DNA from: Dubosiella newyorkensis
GTDB lineage: Bacteria > Bacillota_I > Bacilli_A > Erysipelotrichales > Erysipelotrichaceae
Assembly (NCBI RefSeq): GCF_001945605.1
Contig: NZ_MPKA01000113.1
Coordinates: 30,001-62,000, forward strand
DNA length: 32,000 nucleotides
Direction of reading: 5' to 3'
Shown here: one piece after another, positions 1 to 7,693 of the stretch
Numbering within the stretch: the first letter of the stretch is position 1
Layout: every line of letters starts with the position of its first letter
Notes under the pieces: model-generated
What the model was told of the DNA's origin: nothing
The model's database searches: none
Seen by the model: only the letters and a program-made list of their open reading frames with translations
Program-made: the position numbers and the translations under genes

Positions 1-1
1 G

Positions 2-382
2 AGCGTCTGGGTGATCTCGAATCGGTATCTTTCCGAGATCGTGTTGCTTGGAAATTGGTTCGATGTCGATGTTCCTGCCGCATATGAGGTGGAGCTTTCT
101 AAGACCCAAAGGGCGATGCATGAAATCCAAGAAAAAATGAACGCTCTTGAAGATGTGAAGAACTGTATGTATTTGGGTGCACAAGCTTTCGAGAGCTCGT
201 CGATCTCATATCGGTTCAGGATCTTCTGCTCGCCGCTTGCGCGCAATCCTTTGCGAAGGGATTTGTTTCGGATCTTGCAGGAAGTCTATGAAAGAGAAGG
301 ATTGTCGATCCCATACGATCAATTGGATGTTCATCTGATCAAAGAGAGGGAGGATATATATGAAAAAGGCGATCTTGCTTGA
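2..382 (+). CDS. MscS-family mechanosensitive channel, C-terminal part (5' end outside window)
   Basis: The frame is open from the window edge to the stop at 380-382. The tail ...REGLSIPYDQLDVHLIKE resembles the conserved C-terminal ending of MscS-like channels. There is no convincing start or RBS inside the window. Confidence 0.5.
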   Translation, partial: SVWVISNRYLSEIVLLGNWFDVDVPAAYEVELSKTQRAMHEIQEKMNALEDVKNCMYLGAQAFESSSISYRFRIFCSPLARNPLRRDLFRILQEVYEREGLSIPYDQLDVHLIKEREDIYEKGDLA

Positions 383-1205
383 TATTGATGGAACGCTTGT
401 CAATACGAAGCGTTTGCTGACGCCAAAAACAAAAGAAGCGCTTCTTGCTTGCGAGAGGCAAGGGATGTTGTTGGTGCTCGCTTCGGGAAGACCAACGAGC
501 GGTTTGCTTCATTTGGCAAAAGAATTAAAAATGAATGAGTATGGTGGGCTTTTGGTTTCGTTTAATGGCGCGATGGTCATAGATGCCAAAACAAAAGAAG
601 TGTTATTCGAAAAAGTGATCGAGCCTGAAGTGTGCCAAGCGGTTTTGGAGCATTTGAAACAATTTCGCGTGTATCCAATGATCAATCGAGATGAATATAT
701 GTTTGTCAATCATGTCTATGGATGTGAGGTGGATGTGCATGGAACAAAAAAGAATATTGTTCAATACGAGGCGAAGGGGAATGATTATTTATTGTGCGAG
801 ATCGAAGATCTAGCTAAGTTTTGTACATTTCCTCTCCATAAGATCTTGTCGGCTGGCGATCCTAATTATTTGCGAGAACACGATGCAGAAATGGAAAAGC
901 CGTTCAAAGAGCGTTTGAATTGTTCGTTCACAGCGCCATTTTATTTTGAGTTCATGCCAAAAAACGTGAATAAAAAAGAAGCGATCGAATTTGTTCTGGA
1001 TGATTTCCATATTTCTAAAGAGGATATCATCGCTTTTGGCGACGCGCAAAACGATCAAGAAATGATCGAGATGGCAGGGATCGGCATCGCCATGGGAAAC
1101 GCGGATCCTTCCTTAAAAGAAAAAGCTGATTTTGTGACGAAAAGCAACGATGAAGACGGGATCGCGTATGCTTTGAGCGTATTAGGCATCATAGATAGAT
1201 CCTGA
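360..1205 (+). CDS. Cof-type HAD-IIB sugar phosphatase
   Basis: GGAGG lies 6 nt upstream of the ATG. HAD motif I is LLDIDGTLVN, motif IV is FGDAQNDQEM, with a Cof-like cap region in between. Confidence 0.85.
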   Translation: MKKAILLDIDGTLVNTKRLLTPKTKEALLACERQGMLLVLASGRPTSGLLHLAKELKMNEYGGLLVSFNGAMVIDAKTKEVLFEKVIEPEVCQAVLEHLKQFRVYPMINRDEYMFVNHVYGCEVDVHGTKKNIVQYEAKGNDYLLCEIEDLAKFCTFPLHKILSAGDPNYLREHDAEMEKPFKERLNCSFTAPFYFEFMPKNVNKKEAIEFVLDDFHISKEDIIAFGDAQNDQEMIEMAGIGIAMGNADPSLKEKADFVTKSNDEDGIAYALSVLGIIDRS

Positions 1206-1356
1206 AAGCGTTAGTCTTTGGAAAATGTGTCGTTTTTTCTTGACGTTGACCGAAGAATAGGCGTTTAATAAAAACAACAAAAGGGAGTAATTGACGCTTT
1301 TGCGTGCAACGGATCGTCATCACGTCCATTAGGACTGGTCATTGCTGAAACGATGA

Positions 1357-1389
1357 GACTTTTGCCAAACTATGGCAGGAGTCTTTTTT
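1357..1389 (+). terminator. Intrinsic-terminator-like hairpin inside the leader of the cation-exchanger gene
   Basis: A 10-bp stem (gacttttgcc / ggcaggagtc, including two G-U pairs) with a 7-nt loop is followed by TTTTTT. It ends only 25 nt before the start codon at 1415. Confidence 0.6.
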
Positions 1390-1414
1390 GTAGCCTGCCA
1401 GAAAGGAGCAGGAA

Positions 1415-2329
1415 ATGGAAGTTGTTGGTTTATTGTTTGGATTTATCTGCTTGATCAAAGGGGCGGATTTTTTTGTGGATGGAGCGAGTTCGCTGGCAAA
1501 AAAGCTTGGCGTTCCAGCAGTTCTAGTTGGATTGACGATCGCCGCGATCGGGACGTCGTTGCCCGAAGCGAGTGTTTCGGTCATTTCTGCGCTGCATCAA
1601 AATCCTGAGATCGCGATTTCGAATGTTTTAGGTTCGAATTTATTCAATACGCTTATGGTGATCGGATGTTGCGCGATCATTTATCCGATCCATGTTGGTC
1701 CAGAATTGAAAAAGCGTGATATCCCATTCAATGTGATCGTTTCCGCGATCTTGTTTTTGGTCATTGCCTTTACGCATCGTTTGGATCGATTGGTGGGTAT
1801 TGGTCTTTTGATTGGTCTTGTTGGTTATTTGGTATATCTGTGCACCCATACAAAAATTGAAAAGGAAGCTTCTTCCGAAAAATTACTTCCGACTGGAAAA
1901 ATCGTTTTGTTTATTCTTGGAGGATTGGTCGCGATCATAGCGGGCGGTCAATTGGTCGTCAACAACGCGAGCGCGATCGCGACAGCATTAGGCTGGTCGC
2001 AAACGCTCATTGGAGTGACGATCGTGGCGATCGGAACCTCTTTGCCAGAACTCGTTACTTCGCTTGTGGCTTGTCGAAAAGGCGAAAGTGGATTGGGATT
2101 AGGAAACGCGGTTGGTTCGAACATCTTCAATATTTTATTTATTCTTGGGGCTTCGAGCGCAATCGCTCCGTATACGATCAATATGCAATCGGTCATCGAT
2201 TGCTTGCTTGTTTTGGTGGTGGCGATCTTATTGTGGGCATTGTCTAGAAATGGAACAATCACGAAAAAAGAGGGAATCGTATTCGTACTTTTATATGGAA
2301 TTTATTCGTTTTATGTGTTTTGGCGGTAG
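1415..2329 (+). CDS. Na+/Ca2+ exchanger (CaCA / YrbG-like) family membrane protein
   Basis: RBS AAAGGAG. Two alpha-repeat signatures are present (AIGTSLPEASVS and AIGTSLPELVTS). The protein is highly hydrophobic with about 10 TM segments. Confidence 0.85.
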   Translation: MEVVGLLFGFICLIKGADFFVDGASSLAKKLGVPAVLVGLTIAAIGTSLPEASVSVISALHQNPEIAISNVLGSNLFNTLMVIGCCAIIYPIHVGPELKKRDIPFNVIVSAILFLVIAFTHRLDRLVGIGLLIGLVGYLVYLCTHTKIEKEASSEKLLPTGKIVLFILGGLVAIIAGGQLVVNNASAIATALGWSQTLIGVTIVAIGTSLPELVTSLVACRKGESGLGLGNAVGSNIFNILFILGASSAIAPYTINMQSVIDCLLVLVVAILLWALSRNGTITKKEGIVFVLLYGIYSFYVFWR

Positions 2330-2335
2330 CAGAGA

Positions 2336-2368
2336 CTCGAAAGAAATGAAATCTTTCGAGTTTTTTTT
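2336..2368 (+). terminator. Rho-independent terminator of the exchanger gene
   Basis: ctcgaaaga-aatgaaa-tctttcgag forms a 9-bp stem followed by T8. Confidence 0.85.
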
Positions 2369-2427
2369 GTAGAATATCAATTAAAAAACATATAGACGAA
2401 GATTGAAATCATGTTTCCGGGCGCTGG

Positions 2428-2712
2428 ATGGCTGAAAAAGTGGACATTGGAGAAGAAAAAGTGGACATTGACACTATGCTTCTTCATTGTGGAAGCAGAC
2501 TTTCTACGAAAACAAAAAGCTATGCTCGACAACTTTTTGATCGGTTTGGATGGGATGCTCCTTTTGGTAGAAGCGATGTGATGGAAACGATCGGATTAAA
2601 GAAATCGGGCGCTTCGAAACTACTTTCTAAATGGGTTCAAATTGGATTGATCCAACCTGTATCCGGTTTTGGAAAAGGAAAATATACATTCAACGCTTTG
2701 CTGAAAGATTAG
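2428..2712 (+). CDS. Small winged-helix-like protein, possibly an orphan fragment of a larger regulator
   Basis: 94-aa ORF. The C-terminal part (GRSDVMETIGLKKSGASKLLSKWVQIGLIQPV) looks like a wHTH module found at the C-termini of larger ATPase / Fic-associated regulators. There is no clear SD sequence. Confidence 0.4.
   Translation: MAEKVDIGEEKVDIDTMLLHCGSRLSTKTKSYARQLFDRFGWDAPFGRSDVMETIGLKKSGASKLLSKWVQIGLIQPVSGFGKGKYTFNALLKD
2434..2470 (+). repeat. In-frame 16-nt direct repeat with 21-nt period (gaaaaagtggacattg x2)
   Basis: The copies are at 2434-2449 and 2455-2470. They encode EKVDIG-E-EKVDID at the N-terminus of the 94-aa ORF. Confidence 0.9.
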
Positions 2713-2713
2713 G

Positions 2714-2744
2714 TTGACTCTACAGTTGATGTAAGCTTTATAAT
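2714..2744 (+). promoter_or_regulatory. Candidate sigma-A promoter for the GNAT gene
   Basis: TTGACT (2714-2719) and TATAAT (2739-2744). The spacer is 19 nt, longer than optimal. Confidence 0.4.
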
Positions 2745-2769
2745 GCATCCATCGAACAGGAGGATGAAT

Positions 2770-3405
2770 ATGAAGGTTTTTTATCGACACTACAACAAGA
2801 AAGATCGTTTTGCGTTAGAGAATATCGTTCGTGAAGCGTGGAATTATGATCGACTGGCAAGTCCTGAAACCGCTAGACAGCTGGCTCGCGTTTTTTTGAC
2901 AAGCTGCTTAGCGAACAGCACCTATGCGCGAGTGGCAATCGTCAATGGCGAAGTAAAAGGGATCATCGCTCTTAAAAATAAGAAGCAATACAAACGATCT
3001 TGGAAAAAGAGATTTGATCAAATGATCGCGATCCTTCAGCTTTTGATGAATAAAGAAGGAAGAAAAGTCATGAAGCTGTTTGGAAGCGTGAGCCAACTCG
3101 ACCAAACGCTTCTCCAAGAGGTGGGTGTGGAATATGAAGGCGAGCTTTCTCTTTTTGTTCTGGACAAGGAATGTCGTGGAGCAGGGATCGGAAAAAAGCT
3201 CTATCAAGAAGGAATGCGGTATTTGAACGAGAATGAAATTGATTCATTCTACTTGTTTACGGATACATCATGCAATTATGGCTTTTATGAATCAAGAGGT
3301 TTGTTGAGGAGGATCGAACACACGAAAGAAGTGTTCGTGAATGGAGAAAAAGCGCCCATGACATTTTTTATCTATGACAATCTAAAGAAAAAGGTCGCAC
3401 TCTAG
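2770..3405 (+). CDS. GNAT-family N-acetyltransferase
   Basis: AGGAGG at 2758-2763 favours the ATG at 2770 over the start at 2743. Acetyl-CoA motif A is CRGAGIGKKLYQEG. Confidence 0.8.
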   Translation: MKVFYRHYNKKDRFALENIVREAWNYDRLASPETARQLARVFLTSCLANSTYARVAIVNGEVKGIIALKNKKQYKRSWKKRFDQMIAILQLLMNKEGRKVMKLFGSVSQLDQTLLQEVGVEYEGELSLFVLDKECRGAGIGKKLYQEGMRYLNENEIDSFYLFTDTSCNYGFYESRGLLRRIEHTKEVFVNGEKAPMTFFIYDNLKKKVAL

Positions 3406-3418
3406 CGGCCTTTTGATC

Positions 3419-3670
3419 TTATTGATTCAATTTTCGTTCTTCTTTGCCAATGCGTTCGTGTTCTTTGGCAATTCGTTCTTCTTCCATTTCGATCTCTTTT
3501 TCATGAAGATCTTTCATGAATTTAGATTTACCGTTTTTCATTTCTTTTTCATGTCTAGCGATTTCTTCTTGTTCTTTGGCGATCGTATCCAAATGGACTT
3601 TTTCCATTCTTTCTTCGGCAACGTCTTTCATATGGTCGATCGTTCTTTCAAATTTGTGTTCTGTACTCAT
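3419..3670 (-). CDS. Small E/K-rich predicted coiled-coil protein, function unknown
   Basis: AGGAGG lies 7 nt upstream of the ATG (minus-strand reading caacaggaggcttaccatg). 83 aa, strongly charged, with repeated HEKE / EEER segments. Confidence 0.6.
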   Translation of the reverse strand: MSTEHKFERTIDHMKDVAEERMEKVHLDTIAKEQEEIARHEKEMKNGKSKFMKDLHEKEIEMEEERIAKEHERIGKEERKLNQ

Positions 3671-3782
3671 GGTAAGCCTCCTGTTGTTTCTTGATACTAT
3701 TATTATAGTAAAAAATGAGAAGAGGGACTAAAGAAGTGCCTATGGCTCTGCTATACTATATACGAAAAATAGGAGGATGTAT

Positions 3783-4964
3783 ATGAAAATCCAAGGAGCC
3801 AAACGTTTAGAGGCGGTCGATGCCCCATCGTTTTCAGAACTATTTGAAGCCAAAAAACAATACACACAAAAAACCGGACAAGAAGTGATCGATTTTTCGA
3901 TCGGTTCGAGCAATATTCCGCCCCATCCCGATTTGAAAAATGCCCTATCCAAGGCTGTGCTCGACGATTCGGTTTACCAGTATTCGCTTTCCCCAACGCC
4001 AGAAATCGTACAAGCGATCCAGGACTGGTACGTTAAACGGTATGGTGTCCAACTTGAAGAAGACGAGATCTTCCTAGTCAAAGGAAGTCAAGAAGCACTA
4101 AGTCATATTCCGCTTGTTTTTTGTGATCCTGAAGATATTGTTTTGATTCCGGATCCATTTTATCCAATTTATGGAGTGGCGCCTCAGATCGCGGGGGCGA
4201 AGATCCACTACATGCCATTGCTTGAAGAAAATGAATATTTGATCGATTTTGACGCGATTCCAGAAGAAATCGCCAAACAAGCCAAGATCATGTATGTTTC
4301 CTATCCCAACAATCCTACAGGAAAAAAAGCGCCTGATTCTTTTTATGAGCGCTTGATCGATTTCGCTAAGAAAAATGAAATCATCGTTCTGCACGATAAT
4401 GCGTATTCGGAACTCGTCTTCGACGAACAGCCAGGAAAAAGCTTTCTCGCTTTTCCGGACGCAAAAGAAGTGGGTTTCGAACTCAATTCGTTTTCGAAAT
4501 CGTATTCGATGGGAGGCGCTCGCCTCGCCGTTTTTGTCGGAAATAAAGAATGTATCAAGCTTTATAAAAAGTTGATCAATACGATCGATTTCCAAGCGTT
4601 CTTCGCGGTTCAAAAGGCAGGTGTGGAAGCGTTGAAGCTTCGGGATGAATTTGTTCCTGGACTTCGTCAAGAATACAAGCGCCGAAGAGATTTCTTGATC
4701 GATCGCATGAAAGAGGCAGGGTGGGAGATCACTCCGCCAGAGGCGACCATGTTCGTATGGGCGAAGATTCCCGACCATTATGAAGACAGCGCTCAATTCA
4801 ATAACGATCTTCTAAAAAAAGCGGGTGTTTTAGCCAATGCAGGAACGAGCTTTGGAAAGCAAGGAAAACGCTATGTACGGTTCGCACTCGTAAGAGATGA
4901 TGAAGAAGTACGAGAAGCGGCTAAGCGGATCAAAGAATCCGGTATTTTGAATGTGAATTCATAA
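3783..4964 (+). CDS. Class I/II PLP-dependent aminotransferase
   Basis: AGGAGG upstream favours the ATG at 3783. Motifs are YPNNPTG and SFSKSYSMGGARL (PLP-lysine motif). Confidence 0.85.
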   Translation: MKIQGAKRLEAVDAPSFSELFEAKKQYTQKTGQEVIDFSIGSSNIPPHPDLKNALSKAVLDDSVYQYSLSPTPEIVQAIQDWYVKRYGVQLEEDEIFLVKGSQEALSHIPLVFCDPEDIVLIPDPFYPIYGVAPQIAGAKIHYMPLLEENEYLIDFDAIPEEIAKQAKIMYVSYPNNPTGKKAPDSFYERLIDFAKKNEIIVLHDNAYSELVFDEQPGKSFLAFPDAKEVGFELNSFSKSYSMGGARLAVFVGNKECIKLYKKLINTIDFQAFFAVQKAGVEALKLRDEFVPGLRQEYKRRRDFLIDRMKEAGWEITPPEATMFVWAKIPDHYEDSAQFNNDLLKKAGVLANAGTSFGKQGKRYVRFALVRDDEEVREAAKRIKESGILNVNS

Positions 4965-4996
4965 AAGAAAACGTAAAAAAGCGTATCTTGGAAATT

Positions 4997-5027
4997 AGGA
5001 AGAGTAGTCTATATTCTTCCTTTTTTG
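4997..5027. terminator. Terminator between convergent genes
   Basis: aggaaga-N11-tcttcct stem followed by T6 on the plus strand. Confidence 0.7.
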
Positions 5028-5065
5028 TAGTGAAGAGCTGCGAGTTGACGAAAGAGCACACTTGT

Positions 5066-5461
5066 TCAATGGTTTTTCATCAATCTCAACAATAAGATCG
5101 TATTCTGACCTAACCAAAGAATTAAAAGGAAAGAAATGAGCTTGTATTGGATAGCGGACTCTCCATATTGCATTCCAACAAGGATCGTGATAGGCAAAGA
5201 AAGAAGATTCAGCACTCCATAAAAAATAGATAGCCATATCCTTTTAAAAGTGTAAAACGGGACGATCATGCCGGCAATCCATAAACAAAGTGCACCATAA
5301 ACAAGAGGTACATTCAAGATGAATCGGTTGACAAACATAATCTGAACGACAGGCGCTAACGATGCAAAAATCAAAAAGATCCAACTTCCTTTTTTCTTTC
5401 GTAGAGATACGTATATGATCAAAAAAACGAGCGCGATTAAAGCATTATATAAAGTATTCAT
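5066..5461 (-). CDS. Small hydrophobic membrane protein, function unknown
   Basis: AAAAGGAGAA RBS precedes the ATG at 5461 (MNTLYNALIALVF...). About four hydrophobic segments. No family recognised. Confidence 0.55.
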   Translation of the reverse strand: MNTLYNALIALVFLIIYVSLRKKKGSWIFLIFASLAPVVQIMFVNRFILNVPLVYGALCLWIAGMIVPFYTFKRIWLSIFYGVLNLLSLPITILVGMQYGESAIQYKLISFLLILWLGQNTILLLRLMKNH

Positions 5462-5570
5462 CGGATTCTCCTTTTTAAAATTATACAACAAAGAATAAAA
5501 AATCATGATCGATAATGTAGGCGAAAAAATTCTTTAAGGAGATGTCTATACTGGTATCTCCTTTTAAGCT

Positions 5571-5626
5571 TTCCCCTAGAAAAGTGTGAAATACAGTCAT
5601 ATTTTCCCCTAGAAAAATGTAAAACT
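5571..5626. repeat. Two imperfect direct repeats, 33-nt period (ttcccctagaaaaRtgtRaaa)
   Basis: Copy 1 is at 5571-5593 and copy 2 at 5604-5626. The first 13 nt are identical and about 19 of 22 match overall. Confidence 0.85.
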
Positions 5627-5800
5627 GCTTTATATAAAGTATAAATGCACATAGAACATGTAAGAGGAATTCATTGCTTGGAAATGAAGTGCTTTTTATA
5701 TGTGATTGCGGTCTGATCCTTCAAAATATCGATAATAAAAGAAAAAGACTGCATATCCTCTAAATATCCACAGTCTAATGAAAGCTCGTTAGAGCTTTTT

Positions 5801-6598
5801 TTATCGCTTTAAAGTTCCACTTGCAAGATCGCCAAAGATTGGTGTAGGCAAACCAAAACCACCAGAAACCTCCACGATCTGACCAGTCGTATAGGCCGAT
5901 TCATCGCTGGCAAAATAAACCACAAGAGCGGCAATCTCTTCTGGATGACCCATCCGCTGGATCGGAATGTGCTTCAAGAAAAAGTCTCTGAATTCTGGCG
6001 ATAGGGAGTTGGCGACCGCGTCAGTAGCGGTCATTCCTGGACATACCGCGTTGCAGCGAATATTATTTCTCGCTTCTTGAACAGCGATATCTTTCGTCAA
6101 ATGATTGATCGCAGCCTTGCTCGTTCCATACGCGATCTGAGAAATATCTGGGATCAATCCACCAATCGAAGAAATGTTGACAATGCTTCCGCCTCCGTTT
6201 TTCTTCATATAGGGAATCACTTCTTGCGAAGTGATGAATACGCTTGCTAAATTGACGTCGATCGTCGCGATAAAATCACTAAAATCTGTGCCTTCGATAT
6301 CTTTATCCTTTGTTGGATCGCTCGTTCCAAAATTGTTTACAAGAACATCGATCTTTCCTTCTTGCTCGATGACAGTCTGAACCATCGAATGATAAGAAGC
6401 GTGAGCGTAAGCGTCGCAATAGACGACTTTAACATGGCCTCCTTGAGCATTGAGTTCATCGGCAATTTCTTGTGTCGCTTCCACTCTTCGTGCAGCCATA
6501 TACACATGCGCCCCTTCTTTCGCGCACGCTTTCGAAATCGCTAAACCAATGCCGCGCGTTGAAGCCGTCACAATGATTACTTTATTTTCAAGTCTCAT
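5801..6598 (-). CDS. Short-chain dehydrogenase/reductase, resembling clostridial NADP-dependent 7-alpha-hydroxysteroid dehydrogenase
   Basis: Motifs are TASTRGIG (cofactor loop), NNFG, the NISS serine and catalytic YGTSK. There are long collinear matches to my recollection of the C. sardiniense/absonum 7a-HSDH (GGGSIVNIS.IG...PDIS.IAY..SK.AIN, NIRCNAV.PG, EFRD.FL.H.P). The start is taken at M7, after a GAAGG RBS. Confidence 0.8.
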   Translation of the reverse strand: MRLENKVIIVTASTRGIGLAISKACAKEGAHVYMAARRVEATQEIADELNAQGGHVKVVYCDAYAHASYHSMVQTVIEQEGKIDVLVNNFGTSDPTKDKDIEGTDFSDFIATIDVNLASVFITSQEVIPYMKKNGGGSIVNISSIGGLIPDISQIAYGTSKAAINHLTKDIAVQEARNNIRCNAVCPGMTATDAVANSLSPEFRDFFLKHIPIQRMGHPEEIAALVVYFASDESAYTTGQIVEVSGGFGLPTPIFGDLASGTLKR

Positions 6599-6621
6599 AC
6601 TAATACCTTCTTTCACGATAC

Positions 6622-6650
6622 ATTCTAAAGACTTTCTTAAAGAAACGCAA
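6622..6650 (-). promoter_or_regulatory. Candidate promoter for the SDR gene
   Basis: On the minus strand, TTGCGT-17 nt-TAGAAT. It lies between the upstream terminator and the SDR RBS. Confidence 0.55.
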
Positions 6651-6685
6651 TGAAAGCGTTTAACTTTTTATAAAAACAAGATAGA

Positions 6686-6710
6686 TCAAAAAAAGACGCT
6701 TTCGCGTCCT
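6686..6710 (-). terminator. Rho-independent terminator after the DUF362 gene
   Basis: The minus strand reads ggacgc-gaaa-gcgtct followed by T7, immediately after the stop at 6715. Confidence 0.8.
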
Positions 6711-6714
6711 TTTC

Positions 6715-7620
6715 TTAATTCTCTTCATCAATATCGATCAATTCGTATTCTTTGCTTCCATACCCTAGCTTAGCAGCCGTATCGATCGTATGCCGACCAT
6801 TTCTAGATTCTACACGTTCAACAAAATGATCACGGCCAGGATCTTTCGAGTTATACACCATATCGATACAAGCTTGATCGATCGCTACAGGATCTGTCGA
6901 AATCATGATCCCGATATCTTTCATGCAAGGATCTTCCGCCACATGGCAACAATCACAATCTACAGACAAGTTGACCAAAGCGTTGATATACACCACATTG
7001 TCTTTGAAATAGTCATGAACCGTTTCAGCAGCTTCTGCCATCGCCTCTAAAAACTCGTCGTGATCGATCTCTTTTTCCCAAGCGTCCTTGATATCGGTCG
7101 ACTGACCAGTCGAGTGGATCCAGCATTTTCCAGCTGAAGAAGCGCAACCGATCGACAACTGTTTCAAAGCGCCGCCATAACCACCCATCGGATGCCCTTT
7201 AAAATGCGAAAGAACAAGCAGGCTATTGTATTTGCTCAAATCTTTGCCCACAAAATTCTCTTTTAGAATGTTTCCTTTCGGAACCTCTAAAACAAGATCA
7301 GGCCCTTCTGAATCCAAAATATCAATGTCAAAATTCTCGCTCCAGCCATGCTCTTTCATGACCTTCATATGGCTTTCGGTATTGAAACGATGACCACCCA
7401 TGTCATGTCCATACGCCGTGTTGCATTCGACCACTGTGCCATTTACATGATCGATGATCGGTTTAACAAACTCAGGACGCAAATAGTTTTGATTGCCCCG
7501 CTCGCCTGAGTGCAGCTTCACGGCCACGTTTCCTTTTAGGTCTTTGCCTAATTTTTCATACAAACGAACTAAACTTTTCGATCCAGTGTCTTTTGTAAAA
7601 TAAACTTTTGATTTTGCCAT
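6715..7620 (-). CDS. DUF362-like protein with a C-terminal Cys cluster
   Basis: The N-terminus AKSKVYFTK...AVKLHSGE and the overall layout resemble DUF362 proteins. The cysteine cluster is VDCDCCHVAEDPC. The start could be 7620 or 7626. Confidence 0.65.
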   Translation of the reverse strand: MAKSKVYFTKDTGSKSLVRLYEKLGKDLKGNVAVKLHSGERGNQNYLRPEFVKPIIDHVNGTVVECNTAYGHDMGGHRFNTESHMKVMKEHGWSENFDIDILDSEGPDLVLEVPKGNILKENFVGKDLSKYNSLLVLSHFKGHPMGGYGGALKQLSIGCASSAGKCWIHSTGQSTDIKDAWEKEIDHDEFLEAMAEAAETVHDYFKDNVVYINALVNLSVDCDCCHVAEDPCMKDIGIMISTDPVAIDQACIDMVYNSKDPGRDHFVERVESRNGRHTIDTAAKLGYGSKEYELIDIDEEN

Positions 7621-7693
7621 TATCATAGATCCTTTCTGCTATGTATGTTCTATTTTAATAATAGGCTTTAAACTTCACTCCAAGCAAGAAAAA

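Noticed and set aside
1372-1608. 78-aa ORF overlapping the start of the exchanger gene
   Set aside because: It is in a different frame from a strongly supported membrane-protein gene, and it starts inside the terminator hairpin without an RBS.
3413-3694. 93-aa Phe-rich ORF on the plus strand
   Set aside because: It is the antisense mirror of the E/K-rich gene (GAA/AAA codons read backwards give TTC/TTT). It has no RBS, whereas the minus-strand ORF has a perfect AGGAGG.
4098-4796. 232-aa ORF antisense to the aminotransferase gene
   Set aside because: It has no recognisable motifs or RBS. The plus-strand frame carries clear PLP-aminotransferase signatures (NPTG, SFSK..G.R), so this is a shadow ORF.
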